From the IMG/VR virus record IMGVR_UViG_3300025838_000029, positions 1 through 64,000 of that record: 64,000 nucleotides of DNA; one strand, given 5' to 3'. Origin of the DNA: an uncultured virus (IMG/VR IMGVR_UViG_3300025838_000029). Its lineage: Duplodnaviria; Heunggongvirae; Uroviricota; Caudoviricetes. Each line of letters begins with the position of its first letter. Positions within the stretch are counted from its first letter, which is position 1. The notes below the pieces were generated by a model. The model ran no database searches, was not told the DNA's origin, and was given only the letters and a program-made list of their open reading frames with translations. Below, piece after piece: positions 19,249-28,479 of the stretch. A program made the translations under genes and the position numbers.

Positions 19249-19439
19249 TATTCATCGTCCTCTGCGTTGTGTTCCCAATGGCCTATAGTGTTGCCATTGG
19301 AGTCTTTGATTTTGCCCATTGTGTCGCCACGATGGACGAGTCTGATAATGTCACTCAGGATAAATTCAATTTCGTCACGGTCTTGGTCATCCGTGAAAGC
19401 GTCATTATCGGTTTGAAACTCGATAAGGAAGTGCATCAT
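19248..19439 (-). CDS. hypothetical protein
   Basis: TDNDAF...IKDSNGNTIGHW. Confidence 0.65.
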   Translation of the reverse strand: MMHFLIEFQTDNDAFTDDQDRDEIEFILSDIIRLVHRGDTMGKIKDSNGNTIGHWEHNAEDDE

Positions 19440-19699
19440 GCGGCCCCGACAAGTTCGGCATTATCTGCGTTGACGTTTTCACAAATTTTCCGGCAATGGT
19501 CCCATCGACCCCAATTGATAGCTTCCTGGCCAGATAGAAAGGCAAGCTGATGAATGATTAGATAGACGGCTTCATCCTGGCTGGGTTGAATGCCGTCTTC
19601 CTGGGCATCGTCTTCCGCTTTGACTAAAGCTCTGGCGATAGCACGGACGTTACAGGCGCCATCGTTGATAAAAATTGCATCTCTGTGTCTTGAATACAT
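19436..19699 (-). CDS. hypothetical protein, first gene of the leftward early operon
   Basis: GACNVRAIA...AVYLIIHQLAFL. Confidence 0.6.
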   Translation of the reverse strand: MYSRHRDAIFINDGACNVRAIARALVKAEDDAQEDGIQPSQDEAVYLIIHQLAFLSGQEAINWGRWDHCRKICENVNADNAELVGAA

Positions 19700-19867
19700 G
19701 GCCAAACCTTCCCTGTTTTGCCTTGGTGATAAAGAAATTGTATGCCATTGGCATAGCTGTTTCAACAAAAAAGTTCTCAGGTAATCCCTGATAGTCCCAT
19801 TGGATCAATTTAATCCCCGCCAATGTCTTTCGCTTGTCAAGGTATGGGTTTTTGGTACAATAAGCCT

Positions 19868-20248
19868 ATGGAATCCCTAGATATTCAGATTTTAGACCAA
19901 GAGGCTTTGGTCACTGTGCTTGGCGAGGCGCTTCATAGTGCCTTGTCGGCGCTATCTGGCACGGATTTATCCCGTCACGATGTAGCACAAGAGGTAATTT
20001 ATGCACTGGAGGACGCAGTGGAGGACGACGAGGCGCAGATCCATAGGGTTAGCGAGGATTTGGCGCAGACATTGGTTGTATTGGATCGATTGTCTGGGGG
20101 AGGCTCTGGCATCCTGCAAGACATGCTTGAAAAGCGTGTTGAAGCGATTAATCGGAAGCTGGACGATCTAAGGCGGTACATTGCAGCGAGGAAGGAAGGC
20201 TTGCGTGTAATGGAAGGCGTGAGCTACCGGGTTGACTATGAGCAGTAG
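19868..20248 (+). CDS. hypothetical protein (probably leaderless)
   Basis: TTGTCA-N16-TACAAT just upstream of the ATG. Confidence 0.55.
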   Translation: MESLDIQILDQEALVTVLGEALHSALSALSGTDLSRHDVAQEVIYALEDAVEDDEAQIHRVSEDLAQTLVVLDRLSGGGSGILQDMLEKRVEAINRKLDDLRRYIAARKEGLRVMEGVSYRVDYEQ

Positions 20249-20456
20249 CGAGGAAGCTGTTCTGATCGTATCTGAGTGTGAAAAAACGATGCGTTGCAGC
20301 CTGCGGTATCCTCCTTGTGAAAGTGATATGGCTCTTGATTGGTATGCTGGTTTGGTCCGTTTGGTAATGATTTGCATGGCAGATAGTTTGAAGGTGCCAC
20401 CGGAGAGAATGTTTAGGGCGGTAATGATGCACGATATTGAGGGAGGGATTAATTGA
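20238..20456 (+). CDS. hypothetical protein
   Basis: Coupled to its neighbours. Confidence 0.45.
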   Translation: MSSSEEAVLIVSECEKTMRCSLRYPPCESDMALDWYAGLVRLVMICMADSLKVPPERMFRAVMMHDIEGGIN

Positions 20457-21076
20457 GCAGAGCGCAGCCTAACTTGCTTCCTGGCGGTCTGACGATGCGG
20501 CAGGCTAATTTCGTTACGGAGTATCTACGGACAGGCGTTGCAATCGACGCTTTCAAGAGGGCCGGGTATTCTTGGAAAAATTCGTCACCTAACACCTTGA
20601 AGACTGATGTTTACAAGCTCCTGCGTCATCCGAAGATTGTTGACGCCATTGGAAAGGCTCACCACAGGGCGGCAGAAAAGAGTGATCTCACTGTAGACAA
20701 GCTTCAAAGGGAATTGATGCGGATTGCTTTCTCGGATGTCTCTGAAATCTGCGATTGGACACAGAACAGGGTTATTTTGCGATCTTCGGTAAAGATGGGG
20801 AGGGACCAAACCGCAGCGATCGCTGAAGTTAAGAAGACCAAGGATGGGGTTGTGGTCCGTATGCACGACAAGCTTTCAGCGATTGACAAGCTCTGCAAGA
20901 TGCTGGGTTTGGCGGAAGGTGCCAAGAAGGCGGGGGACGATGCGAAGGATGTCACGCCAGAGACGGATGAATTGAGGAAGAAGCTGTTTAAGCTTCTATC
21001 AGACAGGAACCGCTCGGATCCGATAGACGAGCCTGCGATTCCTGCTCTGATCGACCAGCCTAATGACAATGGCTAG
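20453..21076 (+). CDS. terS: terminase small subunit
   Basis: LTMRQANFVTEYL....A..AFKRAGYS, LLRHPKI, ELMRIAFSD, HDKLSAIDKLCKMLG. Confidence 0.85.
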   Translation: MSRAQPNLLPGGLTMRQANFVTEYLRTGVAIDAFKRAGYSWKNSSPNTLKTDVYKLLRHPKIVDAIGKAHHRAAEKSDLTVDKLQRELMRIAFSDVSEICDWTQNRVILRSSVKMGRDQTAAIAEVKKTKDGVVVRMHDKLSAIDKLCKMLGLAEGAKKAGDDAKDVTPETDELRKKLFKLLSDRNRSDPIDEPAIPALIDQPNDNG

Positions 21077-21315
21077 ATTGGACGTTTTGGTTTCTGAAAG
21101 GGTTCAAGGCCAAATGCTATCGCGGCACACGCCAAAGCAATTTGATTTGATATTGGGGTTAGTTCCCCTTTGGCGTTTGTGTACCCGGCTTCCAGTTGCC
21201 AATACCAGTTTTGGGATAGTTCAAGGAGACGAGCGGCTTTCGCTTTGGAGAGGCCCAGGCTTTCCCTCCAGGCTAAAAGTTCGGAATGGTGGAACGCCAT
21301 TTTCAGCCCTCCCAA
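21073..21315 (-). CDS. XRE-family HTH protein
   Basis: ELLAWRESLGLSKAKAARLLELSQNWYWQLEAG. Confidence 0.75.
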   Translation of the reverse strand: MGGLKMAFHHSELLAWRESLGLSKAKAARLLELSQNWYWQLEAGYTNAKGELTPISNQIALACAAIAFGLEPFQKPKRPI

Positions 21316-21539
21316 TCGGAAATGTTGATTTTGATGGTATCTGGGGCGCTGTGAGAGGCGAATCTTTCCGTCTTGACGCTACCGGCATACACGAGCAGGC
21401 CATTAGCGATCTTCTCAGCCTCTTCGGCGCTGATGTAAACCGTTCCTCTGACGTTAAGGACGGACAAGGCGATTTGGTCGCAATAGCGATGCAGGCTTAT
21501 CGCGGCATCCTTGTAGGAAACGGATTTTTCATTTTGCAT
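21303..21539 (-). CDS. hypothetical early protein
   Basis: Packed minus-strand string. Confidence 0.55.
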   Translation of the reverse strand: MQNEKSVSYKDAAISLHRYCDQIALSVLNVRGTVYISAEEAEKIANGLLVYAGSVKTERFASHSAPDTIKINISDWEG

Positions 21540-21545
21540 GATGGA

Positions 21546-21953
21546 TTACCCCTTGATTCGTTTGCAGTGAATGATCTGGGTGTTGTCGCCGTAGGAGACG
21601 CCATGCCACGTCGCTTTGATGTCTCCATTGGAGTCTGGCCCAGCAAACCACACATCATAACGTTTGCCGGCGATGTTATGCCGACCGAGGCGCCGTTGTC
21701 CGACAGTGAATCGGAGTGTACCGGGCCAATTAGAGATTTCGACCTTGCCCCAAGAGTAGTCTTCCTCTCTCGGGCCATGGATGAGGTAGAGCATAATTTT
21801 CCCTTCCTCGGCCATTTCCTGTCGATCTTGCAAGGCGCAGCAGGCGTAGCAGAACTTGTGGCCATCGGAATTGGTGGCGTAACCCGTTCCGCATGTCCCT
21901 TCGGGCGTTTCGAGGTCTTGGTCGCATTGAAAGCAATGGAAAGTGTCGGTCAT
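21546..21953 (-). CDS. hypothetical Cys-rich early protein
   Basis: CFQC, GTGYA, CYACC, NWPG. Confidence 0.65.
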   Translation of the reverse strand: MTDTFHCFQCDQDLETPEGTCGTGYATNSDGHKFCYACCALQDRQEMAEEGKIMLYLIHGPREEDYSWGKVEISNWPGTLRFTVGQRRLGRHNIAGKRYDVWFAGPDSNGDIKATWHGVSYGDNTQIIHCKRIKG

Positions 21954-21956
21954 GGT

Positions 21957-22172
21957 TCAGGCCCTCATATTCAGGTAAACGAGACGGGCGCCCGGTGTGG
22001 CGTTGGAAAAGGTTTCTTTCTCGGTCGCCATCGTGAAGCCTTGAGCAATCTTTCCCTCAACCCAGAGAGATGCAGCTTTAGAGTCTTCCCCAAAGTGCAT
22101 GGTCGTAGAGCGGGTAACGCCTTCCCCATTCTCCCGGCAACCCGCCTCGAAAGTGTAAAGTTTGTCAGTCAT
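21957..22172 (-). CDS. hypothetical early protein
   Basis: RBS aggagag; preceded by a long hairpin. Confidence 0.6.
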   Translation of the reverse strand: MTDKLYTFEAGCRENGEGVTRSTTMHFGEDSKAASLWVEGKIAQGFTMATEKETFSNATPGARLVYLNMRA

Positions 22173-22273
22173 AGCTCACTCTCCTGTTGTAGATACATTG
22201 TAGATACCCCGAAGCTTGGCGCTTCACTCAGGACCGACCAAAGCCGGTCCTGGCTGAAAAACCAAACGGCGGA

Positions 22274-22492
22274 TCAGTCCTCAATCCAGAACTGTACCCC
22301 TAGGTGATCCGATAGCTTCCTCCCATAAGCCTCAACAGCATCCATATCATCCCCCTCCGCTAACAAAACAGGATCACACCGGTCGTCATTGTACAAACCG
22401 TACAACTCTAAAACCTCCCCACCACAACGCAGCTCAATCGCCTCAAAAACCCCACGAACCTCAGATACATCGATGTATTTAACTGTAGACAT
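22274..22492 (-). CDS. hypothetical early protein
   Basis: RBS gaggag before MSTVKYIDV. Confidence 0.6.
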   Translation of the reverse strand: MSTVKYIDVSEVRGVFEAIELRCGGEVLELYGLYNDDRCDPVLLAEGDDMDAVEAYGRKLSDHLGVQFWIED

Positions 22493-22637
22493 GGCGCTTA
22501 CTCCTCTGTGAAACCTCAAACCAGCAACCCCGCAGCTTCCCTCAATACATAGACCAATCAAAAAACCCCGAAAACTCGCTGTGGACCTAGGTTTATCCTC
22601 TAATCTTTTCCGCCGCAGCATCGTTGCTGTTGCCCCT

Positions 22638-22666
22638 CTTATATCAGTCACTGAGAGGTTTGTCAC
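22638..22666 (-). promoter_or_regulatory. leftward sigma70-like promoter
   Basis: Minus strand GTGACA-N17-TATAAG. Confidence 0.5.
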
Positions 22667-22712
22667 GCGCCAATACCGCAATGACCAAGTTTTTTACCAA
22701 TGACCGGTAGAT

Positions 22713-22797
22713 TTGACCTAAATCAAATAGGTATGGCGCCCTGACCTATTGATCTAAATCAATACGTCAGCCTTCCTGACCTATTGATCTAAATCAA
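22713..22797. promoter_or_regulatory. three tandem FNR/FixK-type palindromes
   Basis: TTGAC-ctaa-ATCAA 22713-22726; TTGAT-ctaa-ATCAA 22749-22762 and 22784-22797. Confidence 0.7.
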
Positions 22798-23264
22798 TTG
22801 AAGCGGCCCTTCGGGGAACATCTAGACGGACCTGGGAGCGTTTCCCCTGGTTAGATGTCCTCCCGAAAAATCGCCCTGGTTGACTCACGTATATGAAACG
22901 AGTCCGGGCAAGCCTCCCCCGACGCGCATACATATATGAACGGACAGGACCATGACCTTTCTTCTGCCGATCCGCCCACCGACCTTCCCTTCTCCTCCTT
23001 CCCTACCCTGCACCACAGGACGGCCCCTGGCCGCAACAGTCCCCCCCGCCACCCGCCGCCCCCGGCCCCACACCCCCGAAAACGGGCGAAGGGGTGGGAC
23101 TCCCCCCTAGTGTGCCCACACGGTGATTGTCGGGGTTTTTTTTTATAATTTGGAATCTGGTAGGAAAGTCCCCCCCCCGGTGGGGGTGGGGTTGGCACTG
23201 GTGGGATTAAGTTGATTGGAATGAATAGGGTGGTATCGTGTAGATTGTCTGGTATAATATAGCC

Positions 23265-24854
23265 TTGTTGGGATTGGTTGAGACGATGAAACTGCTTAAA
23301 AGACTAGAGAAGGAGGAATTGGATGCTCTTCAGGAGGAGGAGCGTATTGCGTTGGCGGCGAGGGCTGATTGGTTGGGAAGGGCAGATTCGCCGGATCGGA
23401 AGGGCAAGCAGCGTCTTCCTGGTGGTGATTGGACGATACTTTTGGTTAGGGCGGGAAGAGGGTTTGGCAAGACGGAGATGTTAGTACAGGCGGGGTGGTG
23501 GGACTGTTACGAGTTTCCGGGTTTGATTGTACATGCTTTGGCACCGACGCAGAGTGACGTTCGTGGGACATTGTTTGAGGGTCCGGTTGGTTTCTGCAAT
23601 GTTGTACCGAAGGAGTTATTGCTTGGGTGTAGTTTAGACAAGGCATACAACAAGAGCACCCATGAGTTGAGGTTTAAGAACGGGAGTTTGATTAGGGGGT
23701 TTAGCACGACGGAGCAGGCCAATCGGTTGCGTGGTCCTCAGTGTAATTTGATGTTGGGTGATGAGTTAGCGGCTTGGGATGTACCTGCGGGAAATTTGGA
23801 GACGGCATTTAACGTTAGTATGTTTGGTGTTCGGTTGCCTTATCCGAAGGGTTTGAACGGTGAGTTTTTGCCTGCGAGGGCTGTTTTGGGTACGACGCCT
23901 AGACCTATTGGCTTCCTGAAGAGGTTAGAGAGGCGTGACGATGTTAAGGTTATTACGGGGAGTAGTTTTGAGAACATCAATAATTTGAGTGGTGCGTATC
24001 GCGCTCAGATTATGAATTTGGCTGGGACGAAAATTGGGAAGCAGGAGATTGAGGGGTTATACGTTGATGAGGAGAATGACCAGAGTATTTTCAAGCGGGG
24101 TTGGTTTCGGTTATGGCCGTGTGAGAAGAAGTTGCCTGAGTTTAGTTTTGTGATGGAGGTTTATGACACGGCTTTTACGGAGGAGACGTTTGACAGGAAG
24201 CGTCAGGAGAGTGACCCGACTGCTTGTTTGATATTGGGGGTATTTAACATTAATGCGGCGTTTACGGAGAGTGAGCGTCGTCAGATGAATGTTCGTGCGA
24301 AGTACGGTGTTGTTATTTGCGATGCTTGGGCGGAGCGGTTGGGTTTTCCTGAGTTGATGGACAGGGCGAGGAAGCAGCATCGTCTGAAGTGGGGGGCGCA
24401 GGGAAAGCGGAGTGACATAGTCCTCATTGAAGAGAAGGGTTCGGGGATTTCGTTACGTCAGAGCTTGGGGAAGCACGGTGTACCGACATGGCCTTATAAT
24501 CCGGGGCGGCAGAGTAAGTTAATACGGGCTAACGCGATTAGTCCGATTGTGGCGCAGGGAATGGTGTTTGTTCCTGAATCGATGCGCCCGGAGAGGAAGG
24601 GTTTGCCTAGAGATTGGGTTGAGCCTTTTTTGGAACAGGTCTGTGCATATTACGGTCCTGGCACTACCGAGCATGATGACTATGTGGACGTTCTGAGTTC
24701 TGGTCTTTTATACCTTCGGAACAGAAGTATGCTCGAGTCTACCACTGAGAATAAGTATTTAGATATGGATGAAAAAAGGGAACAAGATGAACGCAAAGCT
24801 CAACAAATCTATTACAACCAAAAGTCCTCTAGCAGAGGTAATCCCTACGGCTGA
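23265..24854 (+). CDS. terL: terminase large subunit
   Basis: AGRGFGKT Walker A, LRGPQ, GDELAAW Walker B, TTP, DTAF, IEEKGSG, HDDYVD. Confidence 0.95.
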   Translation: MLGLVETMKLLKRLEKEELDALQEEERIALAARADWLGRADSPDRKGKQRLPGGDWTILLVRAGRGFGKTEMLVQAGWWDCYEFPGLIVHALAPTQSDVRGTLFEGPVGFCNVVPKELLLGCSLDKAYNKSTHELRFKNGSLIRGFSTTEQANRLRGPQCNLMLGDELAAWDVPAGNLETAFNVSMFGVRLPYPKGLNGEFLPARAVLGTTPRPIGFLKRLERRDDVKVITGSSFENINNLSGAYRAQIMNLAGTKIGKQEIEGLYVDEENDQSIFKRGWFRLWPCEKKLPEFSFVMEVYDTAFTEETFDRKRQESDPTACLILGVFNINAAFTESERRQMNVRAKYGVVICDAWAERLGFPELMDRARKQHRLKWGAQGKRSDIVLIEEKGSGISLRQSLGKHGVPTWPYNPGRQSKLIRANAISPIVAQGMVFVPESMRPERKGLPRDWVEPFLEQVCAYYGPGTTEHDDYVDVLSSGLLYLRNRSMLESTTENKYLDMDEKREQDERKAQQIYYNQKSSSRGNPYG

Positions 24855-25389
24855 CCAAAACCAGATTGAGTTTGCCCAAGAGATTTTTGATAACATCGAT
24901 GGTCGGTATGACAGCAAGATTATCACCAAGGTAGAGCCGGGTGATGACATCGAGTGGACATCGATATCATCTGCATGGACAGATGACCCACGAGAGGCGG
25001 CAAATGAAGTCATGGAGAAGTTCAACGCTTATGCCTCGGGGAAAGGAGGCGTATTGCTGTGGAGACTTCTCCCCGCCATGTATGCACGGGAAGGTAAGAT
25101 CCAGATTAGAACGGTGCTTTCGATTTCTAATTTAGGGAAGGCAATCGAGGTCAAGGAAGAGGCCGATGAGAAGCTGGCTTCCTTGAAGGATATGTCCGTT
25201 GGACCTCTTACGCGCCGAAGCAAGGAAAGGAAATGCCCGACCTGCACTTTTTGGGATCGCAAAAGCGCAGAGCATAATGTCGGACTATGCCGCAAGAACC
25301 CCCCCGCATTCTGGCCAGAGACACCCTTGCAGAGGTGGGCCTATACAGCAGAAACCGATTGGTGCGGTGCCTATGAGGTGAAACCATGA
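24769..25389 (+). CDS. hypothetical protein with C-terminal 4-Cys domain
   Basis: CPTC...CRKNPP...DWCG; overlaps the terL end, so start is uncertain. Confidence 0.6.
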   Translation: MKKGNKMNAKLNKSITTKSPLAEVIPTADQNQIEFAQEIFDNIDGRYDSKIITKVEPGDDIEWTSISSAWTDDPREAANEVMEKFNAYASGKGGVLLWRLLPAMYAREGKIQIRTVLSISNLGKAIEVKEEADEKLASLKDMSVGPLTRRSKERKCPTCTFWDRKSAEHNVGLCRKNPPAFWPETPLQRWAYTAETDWCGAYEVKP

Positions 25390-25604
25390 ACTTCGGAAAG
25401 ATCATTAGCTGCACAGATTGCGCCTATGCCGTCCCGGTTAAACTCCAAAGCGGAGCTAACCAGTGCAGAAAGAACCCGCCAATAGCCGTTCCCGTGCAAG
25501 GCCACGGAGGGTTGGGGTCCGTGTCAATGTACCCTATAGTCGGAAAAGGAGACGGGTGCGGCGAAGGGTGGAGCATTCCCGATGTCGGCGGTCTGGGAAA
25601 ATGA
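25386..25604 (+). CDS. small 4-Cys protein
   Basis: CTDC...CRKNPP...GCGE. Confidence 0.65.
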   Translation: MNFGKIISCTDCAYAVPVKLQSGANQCRKNPPIAVPVQGHGGLGSVSMYPIVGKGDGCGEGWSIPDVGGLGK

Positions 25605-25644
25605 TTCCAACAATAAAGAGTTTGAGGTAAAAGTATAAATTCTC

Positions 25645-28245
25645 TTGCGAAGGACACCCGTCTTGGCTGATGACAAGAACCCCATTCCACCTGATCGCCG
25701 CGCTCCTACCGGAAGTCCAGATGACCCCGTCTACCAAAAGACAGGAATGGATTCCGGCGTAGATGTCGGAGAGTATATGTCCGTCGATACAAGCGAAGAC
25801 GGGCCGGAAATCATCGATAGCCCTGACGGGGGCGCCTTCGTCGTAATCGGAGAGGCAAAGGAATCAAACCCACCAGACCTGGAGTTCTACGCAAACCTCG
25901 CGGAAACACTCCCTGAAGACATCATGTCTAAACTCGCTTCCGACCTCCTGAAGAAGATTGAGAATGACAAAGAGTCCAGAAAGAAACGCGACGAACTCTA
26001 TGAAGAGGGACTGCGGAGAACAGGTCTAGGAAAAGACGCCCCCGGAGGCGCCGAGTTCGACGGAGCCTCTAAAGTCGTCCACCCAATGATGACTGAAGCC
26101 TGCATAGACTATTGCGCCCGTATTATGAAGGAAATCTACCCCGTCGCAGGGCCTGTAAGAGAACGCCTCATTGGCGCCCCTACACAGGAAAAAGCCGATA
26201 GAGCCAAGCGCAAAGTCGAGCATATGAACTATCAGTTCACAACACAGATCAAAGAAGCTCGGGGTGTGCTGGAACAAACCTTTACTCAAACCCCGCTCTC
26301 AGGATCCGAATATATCCTCCTCTATCAGGATCACAGACTGAAACGCCCAAGAATGGAATGTATGCCCTCCGATAAGGTCTACATCCCAATCGCAGCAGCA
26401 GACTTCTATTCAGCAAATAGAAAGACGTGGGAAGAAAACCTGACCGACGTGGACTTCAAACAACGCGTCAACTCAGGTATGTACCGTGATCTGGAGTTGG
26501 GGAAATCAGACACAACACCAGAACCAAGTAAGGCCGAAGCCGCCAATATGAAAATCGAAGGTATGGAGGATACCGGAGAGAATATCGATGGAGAAAGAAC
26601 CCTCTATACCTCTATGACCTATGTCGATGTCACAGAGGATATGGCTGACGAACTCGACGTGGAAGAAGCAGGGGAACTCTACCCGTACCTGATCACAATT
26701 GATAAGACGACAAAGAAAGTCTTGGCCATCTATCGTGATTGGGAGAAAAACGATGAGGCAAGAGAACCAATCGAACACCTATTCGAGTTCGGATTCATCC
26801 CATGGAGAGGAGCATACTCAATCGGGTTTGCACAAATTATTGGAGGACTTTCTGCTGCGGCTACTGGTGCTCTTCGTGCTCTACTCGATTCTGCTCATGC
26901 TAATAACGCTGTCACAGCCTTCGTCCTCAAAGGGTCTGGAATTTCGGGACAGTCTTCTCGTCCTCAAATCGGTGAACTCATCGAGATCGACGCAGGACTA
27001 GAAACAGACGATATCCGTAAACGGGTAATGCCCCCACCATTCAATCAGCCGTCACCCGTTCTGTTCCAGCTTCTAGGACTCCTCGTCTCCGCCGCTCAAG
27101 GCGTCGTCCGTACAACCATGGACGAAAACGCAACCAATATGAACTCACAGGTTCCCGTTGGAACCCAACTGTCCAGAGTGGAAGAAGGGCTGGTCGTCTT
27201 CTCACATATCCACGGACGCGCTCATGCCGCCTTCAATAGACTGATAAACGGACTCCATAGACTGAACCGACTCTACCTCCCCGAAACTCTCAGGGTGGAC
27301 AGAGAAGGAAAGGAACTCATGGTCCGTAGATCTGACTATGATGGCCCCATCGACGCACAGCCCGTATCAGACCCGACACTCTATTCCGATCAGCAACGCT
27401 TCATGCAGATCACGGCTATCGAACAAGCCGCCGCTATGTTCCCGCAACTCTATAATATTCGGGAGATACAAAAGCGAAAGCTGAAGCTGTGGAAAGTTCC
27501 TGACCCCGATGCTCTCTTGAAGGATGAGCCTAAAGCAACCGAGATGAATGCCATTGCAGAAAACCTCGCAATGTCACTTGGAAAACCCGTGGTCGCCTTT
27601 CCAGAACAGGATCACCTCGCTCATCTGAAGTGCATCCTAGACTTCATTCAAAACCCCGTGCTGGGCGCAAACCCACTCATTGCACCCAAATATCTCCCAA
27701 TGGCATTGCAACATGCAGTCGAGCATATCGTGTTCTTCTATGTTAAACATGCCGTCGATACCGTGGAAAGCGCAGCAGGGGTTAAATCAATAACCGAACT
27801 GATGAGCAATGATACCGGAGTAAAAGCGGAGTTCGATAAACTCCTGGCTAACGCCTCAACTGATGTCATGGGCGATATCACGCAAATCCTCCAACAGTAC
27901 ATGCCCGTCCTGCAACAGGCGCAGCAGATGATGCAGTCCTTTATGCCCAAACCCCCCATGGATCCGGCAGAGGCTGCACTCCAGGCACAACAGATGGAGA
28001 CACAAAGACGTTCCGCCGCCGATCAGGCAGAGAACCAGATCGAACAACAACGCGTGGCTATCGAACAGCAAAACGCGCAAATCAATGCTCTCAAAGTGCA
28101 AAATGCAGAAAAATCAGCTACAATTACCGCTTTGACAAAGCTAAAAACTACGCAGATGGATAACGCTACCGCCAGACAATCTATTGTAGATAAAGCGATG
28201 GCAGGACAACAAAACCATATGGTCAATGGTGAAGGCTTGAAATAG
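25645..28245 (+). CDS. portal protein
   Basis: FYANLAE, GASKVVHP, GALRALLDSAH.NN, PVGT, PVSDP, FPEQDH.AH; Q-rich barrel-like tail; follows TerL. Confidence 0.9.
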   Translation: MRRTPVLADDKNPIPPDRRAPTGSPDDPVYQKTGMDSGVDVGEYMSVDTSEDGPEIIDSPDGGAFVVIGEAKESNPPDLEFYANLAETLPEDIMSKLASDLLKKIENDKESRKKRDELYEEGLRRTGLGKDAPGGAEFDGASKVVHPMMTEACIDYCARIMKEIYPVAGPVRERLIGAPTQEKADRAKRKVEHMNYQFTTQIKEARGVLEQTFTQTPLSGSEYILLYQDHRLKRPRMECMPSDKVYIPIAAADFYSANRKTWEENLTDVDFKQRVNSGMYRDLELGKSDTTPEPSKAEAANMKIEGMEDTGENIDGERTLYTSMTYVDVTEDMADELDVEEAGELYPYLITIDKTTKKVLAIYRDWEKNDEAREPIEHLFEFGFIPWRGAYSIGFAQIIGGLSAAATGALRALLDSAHANNAVTAFVLKGSGISGQSSRPQIGELIEIDAGLETDDIRKRVMPPPFNQPSPVLFQLLGLLVSAAQGVVRTTMDENATNMNSQVPVGTQLSRVEEGLVVFSHIHGRAHAAFNRLINGLHRLNRLYLPETLRVDREGKELMVRRSDYDGPIDAQPVSDPTLYSDQQRFMQITAIEQAAAMFPQLYNIREIQKRKLKLWKVPDPDALLKDEPKATEMNAIAENLAMSLGKPVVAFPEQDHLAHLKCILDFIQNPVLGANPLIAPKYLPMALQHAVEHIVFFYVKHAVDTVESAAGVKSITELMSNDTGVKAEFDKLLANASTDVMGDITQILQQYMPVLQQAQQMMQSFMPKPPMDPAEAALQAQQMETQRRSAADQAENQIEQQRVAIEQQNAQINALKVQNAEKSATITALTKLKTTQMDNATARQSIVDKAMAGQQNHMVNGEGLK

Positions 28246-28251
28246 GAGTGT

Positions 28252-28476
28252 GTGATGGTAAAGAAAGCCAAAATGGAAAATGGTGGTCACTTGGACGTTG
28301 GCGCTTCTAAGCGTTTTGAAACTATGCGTGACTACAGTAAAGACGCTCCCATCCCCCAACATCGCCGTTTGGCAATGGGAGAGAAGGTAGATGGGACAAC
28401 CTACCCTGCTGAAGATAATATCTCCCTTAAACCGACGACAGGGGGAAATGGTCGTCATATTAAGGGAGCTTGGTAG
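28252..28476 (+). CDS. small virion-associated protein
   Basis: aggag RBS; PIPQHRRLAMG. Confidence 0.6.
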   Translation: MMVKKAKMENGGHLDVGASKRFETMRDYSKDAPIPQHRRLAMGEKVDGTTYPAEDNISLKPTTGGNGRHIKGAW

Positions 28477-28479
28477 AAC

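Noticed and set aside
22205..22260. Hammerhead ribozyme (CUGAGUGA on the minus strand)
   Set aside because: The core does not match CUGANGA...GAAA with the required three stems
21063..22307. 414-aa plus-strand ORF
   Set aside because: Antisense shadow. Three of the underlying minus-strand genes (21303, 21546, 21957) are codon-aligned with it, which explains the lack of stops, and the protein has no recognisable motifs.
22713..22800. Possible mini CRISPR array
   Set aside because: Only 2-3 units, about 12 nt between repeats, and no cas genes; fits protein-binding palindromes better
22851..23198. Pro/Gly-rich ORFs in the G/C tract region
   Set aside because: Low-complexity translations without an RBS; the region looks non-coding
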